Positions 13,285-26,458 are shown, counted from the first letter of the stretch. The stretch: 64,000 bases of DNA from Ranitomeya imitator (GCF_032444005.1 NC_091290.1:12586001-12650000), one strand, 5' to 3'. Numbers and translations: made by a program. Notes: generated from the letters alone by a model not told the origin.

Positions 13285-13713
13285 TAAAGATAGGCCCGGG
13301 GACCATAGGAATAGATGAGAATGCCCGGCGCAGCTAAAGGTGATCGACAGGTATGGGAGAGACCTGTCAATCACATGTAACAGCCCTGGGAGAGACCGGG
13401 GACCCAATTAAAAAAATAATTTTTACCCTTAAATACATGCATTTAAATATTACAAAAATTCTGCAAAAGGGGAAAACACATGGGCTCAACAGAAAGCCTG
13501 CCCTCAATTTTGGAGGAATTCGGCGCTCAGCAGATTGCGTCTGCTCATGTCTAAATGATCAGTGGGCGTCTTGGCACGCAGTTTCCCGCCCAACAAACCT
13601 TCTGGCATCTCTCTGACATGTTAAAAGATTTATTTTTTTTTCTTTTAAAGGGCAGTTACTTTTTAAAGGGAAGAGTCAATTTGTAGGGCTTCCGTCCAGC
13701 AGTCATGTAAAAT

Positions 13714-13895
13714 ACTGACCGGGCTGCTGGACTGGGATCCTGCTGATTCTCTCCTCTCTACTGACCGATCCTGCTTCTTCCAAAGGCATTGACACGCCCC
13801 CATGCACTTCCCATCTGATTTGCATATGACTTCTGTGCTGGATTTCTCATAACTGGCACATCCGATCGCTACATAAAAGGTCTCATTTTCATTGG
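13714..13895 (-). promoter_or_regulatory. Candidate promoter and non-coding first exon of the CD59-like gene
   Basis: Minus-strand donor cg|GTCAGT at 13719-13714. Clustered upstream are a GC/KLF box (cacgcccc ~13793-13800), an ETS core (cacttcc 13805-13811), an octamer (atttgcat 13818-13825) and a CCAAT-like site (~13889). Inference only. Confidence 0.3.
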
Positions 13896-14069
13896 GGGAC
13901 AGGCACCTAAGCAGCATCACCACTAAAAATGTTCTGAGAGGTTCCATTTAAGACATCAAAACGTGAGCGATCAAGTGATCCCTACCCCGACATCAGAGCC
14001 GACAACTAGCTTTATTTCATGCATTTTGTCTAGTTTCTTATGACATCTGTCTGTACAAGCAGACCCCCT

Positions 14070-15350
14070 GTGACGGTCATCCGCATTCATCCCTATGAGT
14101 GTGTAAGGGGGTCACGTTCTTATCTCACGCAGAGGCAGAGCACGCTTTGTGGTTACTGTCACTTTCGCTTAAGGGTTATACTTGCGTTAGGTGGGAAAAG
14201 GGTCCTTGAACAATTGCAAAACTTCAGTATATGTATAAGATTGTTTCTTTACCGGGGTGCAGAGGACGGTGACCCCACTACTAATCCCCCGATAGGTCAA
14301 GTAGCACTGAAGATTGCTGGTGGCTCTTTACCCAAACTCACGGTGCCACTGTGTGACTCCCTCATCAGGACGGCGTACTCTGCCGCAGATTATATATCAC
14401 AAGGTTGCACCAGCCTCTTGCATAGCTACTAGTACAATATTTGCTATATTTCTCAAGAAAATTCTCCTGACCACCAAAATTAAGTGCAGTTTCCAACAAC
14501 TACGTGACCAACACAGAGCACAGACTTTTGCAAGGGGCACCACCTCTTGCTTCTGCAAGACATTGTGAAACAGGAACACATTGTACACGCTCGTTGTACA
14601 AGGAGCACTCAGACTCTTCTCGATAAGGTGTAAGTTATTCTCAAACACATATTGTTAACCGGTTACTTGGATGCAACAACGCAGACAATGAGATGGTAGT
14701 GATAGTCAACCAATATATGCCTAACACGGGCATGGGCACCTCTGGTTGTTGTACTGGCCCAAACAGGGGTCACTGGTAGTTTCCGCTAAGTCCCCAATAT
14801 GTGAGTCACTTGGTACCCAGTTTGTTCATCACACTGGCCGCCTGGGTTCCCTGAAGCACGGCGCCGGCCCACACCCTGTATCGTATGTCTGCGCTGGAAG
14901 TAACAGCTCAATTCACCCAGGACTTCTCCTTGTAACGCTAATGCCGACGTCCCTGCATGCTCCCTCCTCCCAGCAGGGACGCCGGCATACTCACCACTCC
15001 AGCAGCTCAGAGGTATCTCCATTCCCTTCACGGCTTCCTGGTTCCCCCAGACCCATGCTGGTCTCCCGGTGGCGCACTTAGTGCACCCACTTCCCGATTC
15101 TTAAAGTCACACTGCCCCCAGCCAATAGCTGGAAGGCAACAAGTATTAAAGGCACTCCCCTCTGTAGGTAGGTTCCTGTACAACATCTTTTAGGGCTAGT
15201 TTGTGTTTGCCCCTGATAGTTGTCAGGTCCCTGAACCTATTCCTGAGCCTGTTATAGATCCCGCTTATTCTGAAGCTGAACCTGTGCCACGTGTTGTCTA
15301 ACCCAGAACCTGTTCCTGTTGCCTGTGTTCACTGAACCTGAGACCGCTAT
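14070..15350. mobile_element. Degraded LTR-like sequence, possibly two fragments
   Basis: TGTGACG (14069) and TGTAACG (~14930) starts, with CCAAT/TATA-like motifs near 15122-15150. No coding support. Confidence 0.3.
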
Positions 15351-17015
15351 TAGATTAGGCGGGCTACCCAGCACTATATAAGTGCACCCCATGAGGACAG
15401 ACACTCCAGTCTACAAGGCCGACCTTAATGGGCCTGGCTGCACCCTGAATATAAATAATGTGCAAAAAATACCGTATATATAATAAATATGAGGTATTGG
15501 TCTATATTTTGGCCATGATATGTAAGCTCGCAACCCGCATCAAGGGTCCTCACACTTGTGAGCACCTACACTAAAATAAAAGCAAAGCCTCAATAAGAGG
15601 AATTAGAACCCCTCAAACAAATCACACAGCAAAAAAGGGTAGCAGTATTTGCCTCTTAATTCCTAATTCCTCCTAGTGTGGCTTTGCTTTCATCCTGGCG
15701 TTCCCGCTTCTCCGTCCTGGCCTTTTATATTTTGTAGCTGTGCCGCAGCTGCCACCTGACCTGGTGTCTCTTTCAAGCTCTTCCCTCCTGGAATACTCTT
15801 CCTATCTTTCAGTTCCTGAGTGTTCGGTTCAACCAGCAGATGGCAGCATTTGGTTGCGAATGCTGTGGAACGTTGACTAATTTCATCTTCCACTTCCTAC
15901 TCCCTTACATAGTTAGCATCAGGATTAAGGATGAGCGGACCCGTGGATGTTGAGGTTCCCTTGGTGTGACCGAACTTAAGTCCAAAGTTTGGTTCGGGTA
16001 CCCGAACTCTAGCCAAACTTGAACCTGAATCCCATAGAAGTCAATGGAGACCCGAACTTTGGTGCAGTAAAATGGTCATATTAAAGGCAAGAGGTCTCCC
16101 TCTCTCAGTTCTCCAGAAACTCCAAGCACTAAAAGCACCATGTCCGGTACGAACCCCCAACTTTACAGTTGTTATTATGATGCAGTCTCAACTGGTTTCG
16201 ATCAGTAGTAGACTCTAGTAGTAGTAGTAGTAGTAGAACCCATATGATTCCCGGATGGAAATTTCAATAACCAGCACTGCAGATTTGCATGTCAATTTAT
16301 GCAATGCAAAATTCAGAATAGCATTTTTGCAAACAAATTGACAGCGTATTTTTTTGCAGCTAGAGTTTCATTTGTGGAAATAACACAGTGGATACAGAGG
16401 ATATGCCATATAGGAACATACCCAGAATCATCCGCCCCTGACGTACAAATTAAGATCACCCTTTTTTTCTTTTAGGTTTGCTTGGGCATGGAGTTTGTTT
16501 TCCAGAATTTTGCCACCAATTCATCAAAAGTCACAAAAATGTTACACAAATGTACCCTACTGGCTCCATGGAGTGATTTTTGTATACGCTTTAAATTTTT
16601 GCACAAATTTCGTGACAAATTAATGGGACATGTAACTCTTTGCTCTAAAAAGGCACAAAAAAGGTAAGAGATAAAAAAAAAAAGAGTATTTTTATTTTCA
16701 GAAAATTCATAAAATTGCGTGTGCTATTTTGAAGAATTTAGGGTGTAAAGCGTAAATGAACAAGCAACAAAAAAAAAAAGTGACATGCTGTCATACGGTG
16801 TAAGAAAAAATACAAAGGATGAATTGGGCCCCAAGTCTTTCTTTTTAGGTTCAAAAGCTTTCTGGCTTCTTTAGTGATATATCCGAGGATCCTCACAATC
16901 CTGCTGAATACTTCCTTACTTGACAACTGTCCTAAAATTGATGGGACTGTCCCAAATTTTCAGACAGAGTTCTAACAATTTACAGTCCAAAGATTGTGTT
17001 TCCGGGAGGGTTGGG

Positions 17016-17781
17016 TGTTGTGAATTCTGTGATCAAGCTCCCTCCTGTGGTCACGAGTGGTACTGCGGCTTCTGAGTTTCCTTCCTCAGGTTATGAGGTT
17101 AAGTCGTTAGGTGCTGCTCTATTTAACTCCACCTGGTGCTTTGATCCTGGCCTCCAGTCAATGTTCTAGTATTGGTCTTGCTTCCTCCTGGATCGTTCCT
17201 GTGGCCTGTCTGCTCAGCATAAGCTACGTTCTGCTTGTGTTACTTTTTGCTATATTTTCTGTCCAGCTTGTTTTTTTGGTTTTACTTGCTTGCTGGAAGC
17301 TCTGAGACGCAGAGGGAGCACCTCCGTACCGTTAGTCGGTGCGGAGGGTCTTTTTGCCCCTCTGCGTGGTTGTTTGTAGGTTTTTGTGTTGACCGCAAAG
17401 CTATCTTTCCTATCCTCGGTCTATTCAGTAAGTCGGGCCTCACTTTGCTAAATCTATTTCATCTCTGTGTTTGCATTTTCATCTTACTCACAGTCATTAT
17501 ATGTGGGGGGCTGCCTTTTCCTTTGGGGAATTTCTCTGAGGCAAGGTAGGCTTATTTTTCTATCTTCAGGTCTAGCTAGTTTCTCAGGCTGTGCCGAGTT
17601 GCATAGGGAGCGTTAGGCGCAATCCACGGCTACCTCTAGTGTGGTTTGATAGGTTTAGGGATTGCGGTCAGCAGAGTTTCCACGTCTCAGAGCTCGTCCT
17701 ATGTTTTGTGGTTTTTGTCAGGTCACTTGTGTGCTCTGAACTTCAAGGTCCATTGTGGTTTTGAATTACCTATTCATAACA
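17016..17781 (+). repeat. 5' LTR of Gypsy element
   Basis: Direct repeat of 21979-22745. Confidence 0.95.
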
Positions 17782-17852
17782 GTACTGGAGGCCCAAAGTA
17801 CTATGCTTCTCAATAGAGGGAAAAAAGAAGTTCTGAGACCATTTTTTTTTCT

Positions 17853-20800
17853 TTGCACTGTGTTTTGCCTTTTTTTTCCCTAGAAATTTGGGTGGTTCAG
17901 GACACAAGTGTGGTGATGGACTTTAAAGGTCTGTCTTCATGTGTGGATCTTCTCACTGCAAGAGTACAAAATATTCAAGACTTTGTGGCTCAGAATTCTA
18001 TGTTAGAACCAAGAATTCCTATTCCTGATTTGTTTTCTGGAGATAGAGCTAAATTTCTGAGTTTCAAAAATAATTGCAAACTGTTTCTGGCGTTGAAACC
18101 TCGCTCCTCTGGTGACCCAGTTCAACAAGTTAAGATCATTATTTTTTTATTACGTGGCGACCCTCAAGACTGGGCATTTTCCCTTGCGCCAGGAGATCCT
18201 GCATTATGTAATATTGATGCGTTTTTTCTGGCGCTCGGATTACTGTACGATGAACCTAATTCAGTGGATCAGGCAGAGAAAAATTTGCTAGCTCTGTGTC
18301 AGGGTCAGGATGAGATAGAAATTTATTGTCAGAAGTTTAGAAAGTGGTCTGTGCTCACTCAATGGAATGAATGTGCTTTGGCAGCAATCTTCAGAAAGGG
18401 TCTCTCTGAAGCCCTTAAGGATGTCATGGTGGGATTTCCTATGCCTGCTGGTCTGAATGAGTCTATGTCTTTGGCCATTCAGATCGGTCGACGCTTACGT
18501 GAGCGTAAATCTGTGCACCATTTGGCGGTATTATCTGAGCATAAACCTGAGCCTATGCAGTGCGATAGGACTTTGACCAGAGCTGAAAGGCAAGAACACA
18601 GACGTCTGAATGGGCTGTGTTTCTACTGTGGTGATTCCACTCATGTTATCTCCGATTGTCCTAAGCGCACTAAGCGGTTCGCTAAGTCTGCCACCATTGG
18701 TACGGTACAGTCGAAATTTATTTTCTCCGTTACTTTGATCTGCTCTTTGTCTTCCTATTCTGTCATGGCATTTGTGGATTCAGGCGCTGCCCTGAATTTG
18801 ATGGACTTGGAGTTTGCTAGGCGCTGTGGGTTTGTCTTGGAGCCCTTGCAGTGTCTTATTCCATTGAGAGGAATTGATGCTACGCCTTTGGCCAAGAATA
18901 AGCCTCAGTATTGGACCCAGCTGACCATGTGCATGGCTCCTGCGCACCAGGAGGATATTCGCTTTCTGGTGTTGCAAAATCTGCATGATGTGGTCGTGTT
19001 GGGGTTGCCATGGCTACAAGCCCATAACCCAGTATTAGATTGGAAATCAATGTCTGTGTCCAGCTGGGGTTGTCAGGGGGTACATGGTGATGTTCCATTT
19101 CTGTCTATCTCATCATCCACCCCTTCTGAGGTTCCAGAGTTCTTGTCTGATTACCGGGCTGTATTCGATGAGCCCAAGTCCAATGCCCTACCTCCGCATA
19201 GGGATTGTGATTGTGCTATCGAGTTGATTCCTGGTAGTAAGTTTCCTAAGGGTCGACTGTTTAATTTATCTGTACCTGAGCATGCCGCTATGCGGAGTTA
19301 CGTAAAGGAATCCTTGGAGAAGGGTCATATTCGGCCGTCGTCGTCGCCATTGGGAGCAGGGTTCTTTTTTGTGGCCAAGAAGGATGGTTCGCTGAGACCT
19401 TGTATTGATTACCGCCTTCTAAATAAAATCACGGTCAAATTTCAGTACCCCTTGCCGCTGCTATCTGATTTGTTTGCTCGGATTAAGGGGGCTAGTTGGT
19501 TCACCAAGATAGATCTTTGTGGTGCATATAATCTTGTGCGTATTAAACGGGGCGATGAATGGAAAACTGCATTTAATACGCCCGAGGGCCATTTTGAGTA
19601 CCTAGTTATGCCATTCGGACTTGCCAATACTCCATCAGTATTTCAGTCCTTTATGCATGACATCTTCCGAGAGTACCTGGATAAATTCCTGATTGTATAC
19701 TTGGATGATATTTTGGTCTTCTCGGATGATTGGGAGTCTCATGTGAAGCAGGTCAGAATGGTGTTCCAGGTCCTGCGTGCTAATTCTTTGTTTGTGAAGG
19801 GATCAAAGTGTCTCTTTGGTGTTCAGAAGGTTTCATTTTTGGGGTTCATTTTTTCCCCTTCTACCATCGAGATGGAACCTGTTAAGGTCCAGGCCATTTA
19901 TGATTGGACTCAGCCGACATCTCTGAAGAGTCTGCAAAAGTTCCTTGGCTTTGCTAATTTTTATCGTCGCTTCATTTGTAATTTTTCCAGTATTGCTAAA
20001 CCATTGACCGATTTGACCAAGAAGGGTGCTGATGTGGTCAATTGGTCTTCTGCTGCTGTGGAAGCTTTTCAAGAGTTAAAGCGTTGTTTTTCTTCTGCCC
20101 CTGTGTTGTGTCAACCAGATGTTTCGCTTCCGTTCCAGGTTGAGGTTGATGCTTCAGAAATTGGAGCGGGGGCTGTTTTGTCGCAAAGAGGTGCTGATTG
20201 CTCGGTGATGAAGCCATGCGCCTTCTTTTCCAGGAAGTTTTTGCCTGCTGAGCGAAATTACGATGTTGGCAATCGAGAGTTGCTGGCCATGAAGTGGGCA
20301 TTCGAGGAGTGGCGTCATTGGCTTGAAGGAGCTAAGCATCGCGTGGTGGTCTTGACTGATCACGAGAACTTGACTTATCTCGAGTCTGCCAAACGGTTGA
20401 ATCCTAGACAGGCTCGTTGGTCGCTGTTTATCTCCCGTTTTGACTTTGTGGTTTCGTACCTTCCGGGCTCTAAAAATGTGAAGGCGGATGCCCTGTCTAG
20501 GAGTTTTGTGCCCGACTCTCCGGATTTGCCTGAGCCGGCGGGTATTCTCAAAGAGGGAGTAATTGTGTCTGCCATCTCCCCTGATTTGCGGCGGGTGCTG
20601 CAAAAATTTCAGGCTAATAAACCTGATCGTTGCCCAGCAGAGAAACTGTTTGTCCCTGATAGGTGGACGAATAAAGTTATCTTTGAGGTTCATTGTTCGG
20701 CGTTGGCTGGTCATCCTGGAATCTTTGGTACCAGAGATTTGGTGGCTAGATCCTTTTGGTGGCCGTCTCTGTCGCGGGATGTGCGTTCTTTTGTGCAGTC

Positions 20801-20999
20801 CTGTGGGATTTGTGCTCGGGCTAAGCCCTGCTGTTCTCATGCCAGTGGGTTGCTTTTGCCCTTGCCTATCCCGAAGAGGCCTTGGACACATATCTCTATG
20901 GATTTTATTTCGGATCTCCCCGTCTCTCAAAAAATGTCGGTCATTTGGGTAGTTTGTGATCGCTTCTCTAAGATGATCCATTTGGTACCCTTGTCTTAA
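17853..20999 (+). CDS. Gypsy gag-pol polyprotein (gag, CCHC knuckle, protease, RT, RNase H, integrase N-part)
   Basis: CFYCGDSTHVISDC, FVDSGA, YLDD, DASEIGAGAVL, H...GHPG...C..C, DFISDLP. Likely start is the ATG at 17916; ends at an in-frame TAA. Confidence 0.95.
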   Translation: MHCVLPFFSLEIWVVQDTSVVMDFKGLSSCVDLLTARVQNIQDFVAQNSMLEPRIPIPDLFSGDRAKFLSFKNNCKLFLALKPRSSGDPVQQVKIIIFLLRGDPQDWAFSLAPGDPALCNIDAFFLALGLLYDEPNSVDQAEKNLLALCQGQDEIEIYCQKFRKWSVLTQWNECALAAIFRKGLSEALKDVMVGFPMPAGLNESMSLAIQIGRRLRERKSVHHLAVLSEHKPEPMQCDRTLTRAERQEHRRLNGLCFYCGDSTHVISDCPKRTKRFAKSATIGTVQSKFIFSVTLICSLSSYSVMAFVDSGAALNLMDLEFARRCGFVLEPLQCLIPLRGIDATPLAKNKPQYWTQLTMCMAPAHQEDIRFLVLQNLHDVVVLGLPWLQAHNPVLDWKSMSVSSWGCQGVHGDVPFLSISSSTPSEVPEFLSDYRAVFDEPKSNALPPHRDCDCAIELIPGSKFPKGRLFNLSVPEHAAMRSYVKESLEKGHIRPSSSPLGAGFFFVAKKDGSLRPCIDYRLLNKITVKFQYPLPLLSDLFARIKGASWFTKIDLCGAYNLVRIKRGDEWKTAFNTPEGHFEYLVMPFGLANTPSVFQSFMHDIFREYLDKFLIVYLDDILVFSDDWESHVKQVRMVFQVLRANSLFVKGSKCLFGVQKVSFLGFIFSPSTIEMEPVKVQAIYDWTQPTSLKSLQKFLGFANFYRRFICNFSSIAKPLTDLTKKGADVVNWSSAAVEAFQELKRCFSSAPVLCQPDVSLPFQVEVDASEIGAGAVLSQRGADCSVMKPCAFFSRKFLPAERNYDVGNRELLAMKWAFEEWRHWLEGAKHRVVVLTDHENLTYLESAKRLNPRQARWSLFISRFDFVVSYLPGSKNVKADALSRSFVPDSPDLPEPAGILKEGVIVSAISPDLRRVLQKFQANKPDRCPAEKLFVPDRWTNKVIFEVHCSALAGHPGIFGTRDLVARSFWWPSLSRDVRSFVQSCGICARAKPCCSHASGLLLPLPIPKRPWTHISMDFISDLPVSQKMSVIWVVCDRFSKMIHLVPLS

Positions 21000-21986
21000 T
21001 TGCCTTCCTCCTCTGATTTGGTGCCATTGTTTTTCCAGCATGTGGTTTGTTTACATGGCATTCCAGAGAACATCGTTTCTGACAGAGGTTCCCAGTTTGT
21101 TTCGAGGTTTTGGCGAGCCTTTTGTGCTAGGATGGGCATTGATTTGTCTTTTTCCTCGGCTTTCCATCCTCAGACAAATGGCCAGACTGAACGAACCAAT
21201 CAGACCTTGGAAACATATCTGAGATGTTTTGTTTCTGCTGATCAGGATGTTTGGGTGTCCTTTTTGCCGTTGGCTGAGTTCGCTCTTAATAATCGGGCCA
21301 GCTCGGCTACCTTGGTTTCACCGTTTTTCTGCAATTCTGGGTTCCATCCTCATTTCTCTTCAGGGCAGGTTGAGTCTTCAGACTGTCCTGGTGTGGATAC
21401 TGTGGTGGACAGGTTGCAGCGGATTTGGACTCATGTAGTGGACAATTTGGCCTTGTCCCAGGAGAAGGCTCAACGTTTCGCTAATCGCAGACGCTGTGTG
21501 GGTCCCCGACTTCGTGTTGGGGATTTGGTTTGGTTGTCATCTCGTTATATTCCTATGAAGGTTTCCTCTCCTAAGTTTAAGCCTCGTTTCATTGGTCCGT
21601 ATAGGATTTCTGAGGTTCTTAATCCTGTGTCTTTTCGTTTGACCCTTTCAGATTCTTTTTCCATCCATAACGTATTCCATAGGTCATTGTTGCGGAGATA
21701 CATGGCGCCTGTGGTTCCATCTGTTGATCCTCCTGCCCCGGTTTTGGTGGAGGGGGAGTTGGAGTATATAGTGGAGAAGATTTTGGATTCTCGTGTTTCG
21801 AGACGGAAACTCCAGTATCTGGTTAAGTGGAAGGGTTATGATCAGGAAGATAATTCCTGGGTCTTTGCCTCTGATGTCCATGCTGCCGATCTTGTTCGTG
21901 CCTTCCATATGGCTCATCCTGGTCGGCCTGGGGGCTCTGGTGAGGGTTCGGTGACCCCTCCTCAAGGGGGGGGGGTACTGTTGTGA
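21000..21986 (+). CDS. Gypsy integrase core/C-terminus plus chromodomain (in-frame continuation after a nonsense codon)
   Basis: IVSDRGSQF, HPQTNGQTER, GPY/F motif (IGPY), chromodomain EYIVEKILDSR...YLVKWKGY...NSW. Confidence 0.93.
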   Translation: MPSSSDLVPLFFQHVVCLHGIPENIVSDRGSQFVSRFWRAFCARMGIDLSFSSAFHPQTNGQTERTNQTLETYLRCFVSADQDVWVSFLPLAEFALNNRASSATLVSPFFCNSGFHPHFSSGQVESSDCPGVDTVVDRLQRIWTHVVDNLALSQEKAQRFANRRRCVGPRLRVGDLVWLSSRYIPMKVSSPKFKPRFIGPYRISEVLNPVSFRLTLSDSFSIHNVFHRSLLRRYMAPVVPSVDPPAPVLVEGELEYIVEKILDSRVSRRKLQYLVKWKGYDQEDNSWVFASDVHAADLVRAFHMAHPGRPGGSGEGSVTPPQGGGVLL

Positions 21987-22745
21987 ATTCTGTGATCAAG
22001 CTCCCTCCTGTAGTCACGAGTGGTACTGCGGCTTATGAGTTTCCTTCCTCAGGTTATGAGGTTAAGTCGTTAGGTGCTGCTCTATTTAACTCCACCTAGT
22101 GCTTTGATCCTGGCCTCCAGTCAATGTTCTAGTATTGGTCTTGCTTCCTCCTGGATCGTTCCTGTGGCCTGTCTGCTCAGCATAAGCTACGTTCTGCTTG
22201 TGTTACTTTTTGCTATATTTTCTGTCCAGCTTGTTTTTTTGGTTTTACTTGCTTGCTGGAAGCTCTGAGACGCAGAGGGAGCACCTCCGTACCGTTAGTC
22301 GGTGCGGAGGGTCTTTTTGCCCCTCTGCGTGGTTGTTTGTAGGTTTTTGTGTTGACCGCAAAGCTATCTTTCCTATCCTCGGTCTATTCAGTAAGTCGGG
22401 CCTCACTTTGCTAAATCTATTTCATCTCTGTGTTTGTATTTTCATCTTACTCACAGTCATTATATGTGGGGGGGCTGCCTTTTCCTTTGGGGAATTTCTC
22501 TGAGGCAAGGTAGGCTTATTTTTCTATCTTCAGGTCTAGCTAGTTTCTCAGGCTGTGAGGAGTTGCATAGGGAGCGTTAGGCGCAATCCACAGCTACCTC
22601 TAGTGTGGTTTGATAGGTTTAGGGATTGCGGTCAGCAGAGTTTCCACGTCTCAGAGCTCGTCCTATGTTTTGTGGTTTTTGTCAGGTCACTTGTGTGCTC
22701 TGAACTTCAAGGTCCATTGTGGTTCTGAATTACCTATTCATAACA
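21979..22745 (+). repeat. 3' LTR of Gypsy element
   Basis: Direct repeat of 17016-17781, preceded by the polypurine tract. Confidence 0.95.
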
Positions 22746-22950
22746 GTTGGGGGCGTTTCATAGTGGGACTGGGGGGAGGTTTAAAGGTTTTTTCCCGGAA
22801 TACGATTTTATAGTCTATTGGCCAGTGCTACGTTAAAATAATAATGAAAGGTGTTATAAACCCTCCCAGGGGTCCAGTGCTGTTTGTGCCCTGCTGCTCT
22901 TGTCTTTTTTTATTTTCGGGCTTCAGGAGTGGTCATGAATATTGCACCTT

Positions 22951-23028
22951 TATAGGCTGAACTGGATGGACAAATGTCTTTTTTCGGCCTTACTAACTAT
23001 GTTACTATGTTACTATGTTACATGTTAC
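22951..23028 (+). mobile_element. CR1 LINE extreme 3'-end fragment
   Basis: Matches the reverse complement of 34829-34909, including the (tatgttac)n tail. Confidence 0.85.
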
Positions 23029-23689
23029 CGCTGCAGCCAATCGTTTGAACCCAAACATACCTATATATTGTAGATGTCCTTCCCATATTGCAGCCACTAT
23101 AAACCAGCCAGTTGGACATTGCGTATGGGAATTTACAGAACCGTAAAGCTACAAATGTCCCATTTCATGCGGCTGTCACCCTATTAGGGTTCAAGACTGG
23201 GATCGATCTATATTACATATGATCCAGAAATAATATATGTACTCACAGAGTTTGCAGTTCACGGGTTTCCTCTTCCAGATGTGTGGCAGAGAATATGAAG
23301 AAAGTTTATGAGCTCAGGCACACCTTATTCTTTTGGACAGACGTAGTTTAGGAGGAGGTTTGAGAACACAACCCAACCTACTAAATACGTAATCGCAGTG
23401 TTCATAAAGAGGGAGTCAATGTCAGTCTAGTGGAGGTAAAGCTCCCCTCTTTCAGCGTTACGAAATGTGTAATTTTTCATTTTCTTTTTAAAGGGTTCAT
23501 TTTATTTATTTTTTTAATTAAAAAAATATATGGAAAAGGTGGGATTCATACGTACAACCCATTTACAGTCTTGAATTTGATGGGATGTTCTGGAAAATTT
23601 GCATTGTACTGGAGCAAAAAAAAAAAAATCAAGATTTGTACAAATGCGGGCTACGGTCCCCGGGCACTGTGCTTTGGACGCACACACTT

Positions 23690-24475
<786 letters not shown>

Positions 24476-24487
24476 GGGGGACAATTA

Positions 24488-26458
24488 CCGTATATACTCG
24501 AGTATAAGCCGAGATTTTCAGCCCAAATTTTAGGGCTGAAAGTGCCCCCCTCGGCTTATACTCGAGTCACGGTAGCGGTGGGGTCGGCGGGTGAGGGGCT
24601 GAGGGCGCTGAGGTATACTTACCTAGTCCCAGCGATCCTCGCGCTGTCCCTGCCGTCCCACGGGCTTCGGCGCTGCAGCTTCTTCCTCTCTTCAGCGGTC
24701 ACGTGGGACCGCTCATTACAGAAATGAATAAGCGGCTCCACCTCCCATAGGGGCGGAGCCGCTTATTCATTTCTCTAATCAGCGGTGCCGGTGACCGCTG
24801 ATAGAGAAAGAAGCTGCAGCGCCGAAGACAGGAGGGGACAGCGCGAGGATCGCCAGGACTAGGTGAGTATAGCATATTCACCTGTCCTCGTTCCAGCCGC
24901 CGGGCGCCGCTCCATCTTCCCGGCCGGCGCCTCCATCTTCCCGGCGTCTGCGCTCTCTGACTGATCAGGCAGAGGGCGCGATGACGCATATAGTGTGCGC
25001 GGCGCCCTCTGCCTGATCAGTCAGAGCAGAGACGCCGGGAAGATGGAGGCGCCGGAACGAGACGCCGGGAGCTGCAATCAAGGGAGGTGAGTATGTGTTT
25101 TTTTTTTTTTATTGCAGCAGTAGCAGCGGCAGCACAGATTAATGTGGAGCATCTATGGGGCACAGTGAACGGTGCAGAGCACCGTATAAGGCACAGCTAG
25201 GGGGCACAGTGAACGGTGCAGAGCACTGTATATGGAGCACATCTATGGGGCACAGTGAACGGTGCAGAGCACCGTATAAGGCACAGCTAGGGGGCACAGT
25301 GAACGGTGCAGAGCACCGTATAAGGCACAGCTAGGGGGCACAATGAACGGTGCAGAGCACTGTATATGGCACAGCTAGGGGGCACAGTGAACGGTGCAGA
25401 GCACCGTATATGGCACAGCTAGGGGGCACAGTGAACGGTGCAGAGCACCGTATATGGCACATCTATGGGGCACAGTGAACGGTGCAGAGCACTGTATATG
25501 GCACAGCTATGGGGCACAGTGAACGGTGCAGAGCACCGTATATGGCACAGCTAGGGGGCACAATGAACGGTGCAGAGCACTGTATATGGCACAGCAATGG
25601 GGCACAATGAACGGTGCAGAGCACTGTATATGGCACAGCTAGGGGGCACAGTGAACGGTGCAGAGCACTGTATATGGCACAGCTAGGGGGCACAGTGAAC
25701 GGTGCAGAGCACTGTATATGGCACAGCTAGGGGGCACAATGAACGGTGCAGAGCACTGTATATGGCACAGCTAGGGGGCACAGTGAACGGTGCAGAGCAC
25801 TGTATATGGCACAGCTAGGGGGCACAATGAACGGTGCAGAGCACTGTATATGGCACAGCTAGGGGGCACAATGAACGGTGCAGAGCACTGTATATGGCAC
25901 AGCTAGGGGGCACAATGAACGGTGCAGAGCACTGTATATGGCACAGCTAGGGGGCACAGTGAACGGTGCAGAGCACCGTATAAGGCACAGCTAGGGGGCA
26001 CAGTGAACGGTGCAGAGCACTGTATATGGCACAGCTAGGGGGCACAGTGAACGGTGCAGAGCACCGTATAAGGCACAGCTAGGGGGCACAATGAACGGTG
26101 CAGAGCACTGTATATGGCACAGCTAGGGGGCACAATGAACGGTGCAGAGCACCGTATATGGCACAGCTATGGGGCACAGTGAACGGTGCAGAGCACCGTA
26201 TATGGCACAGCTAGGGGGCACAGTGAACGGTGCAGAGCACTATATGGGGCACAGCTATGGGGAAATATGAATGGTGTAGAGCACTATATGGCACAGCTAT
26301 GGGGAAATAATGATCTATTTTTATTTTTGAAATTCACCGGTAGTTGCTGCATTTCCACCCTAGGCTTATACTCGAGTCAATAAGTTTTCCCAGTTTTTTG
26401 TGGCAAAATTAGGGGGGTCGGCTTATACTCGGGTCGGCTTATACTCGAGTATATACGG
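24488..26458. mobile_element. Non-autonomous Tc1/mariner (Tigger/pogo-like) element carrying a minisatellite
   Basis: 25-bp perfect TIR ccgtatatactcgagtataagccga; TA TSD on both sides; GC-rich palindromic core ~24620-25095. Confidence 0.85.
25150..26310. repeat. 44-bp minisatellite inside the Tigger-like element
   Basis: Unit ggcacagctagggggcacagtgaacggtgcagagcactgtatat, about 26 copies. Confidence 0.93.

Larger units (their letters stand above)
17016..22745 (+). mobile_element. Full-length Ty3/Gypsy LTR retrotransposon (chromovirus type), 5730 bp
   Basis: LTRs 17016-17781 and 21979-22745 (TG...CA), about 99% identical by eye; PPT aaggggggggggtac before the 3' LTR; flanks gttggg at 17010-17015 and 22746-22751. 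Confidence 0.97.

Noticed and set aside
18780-21965. Antisense and alternate-frame ORFs in the Gypsy element (likewise within Ngaro and CR1)
   Set aside because: Shadow ORFs of real coding sequence, with no motifs.
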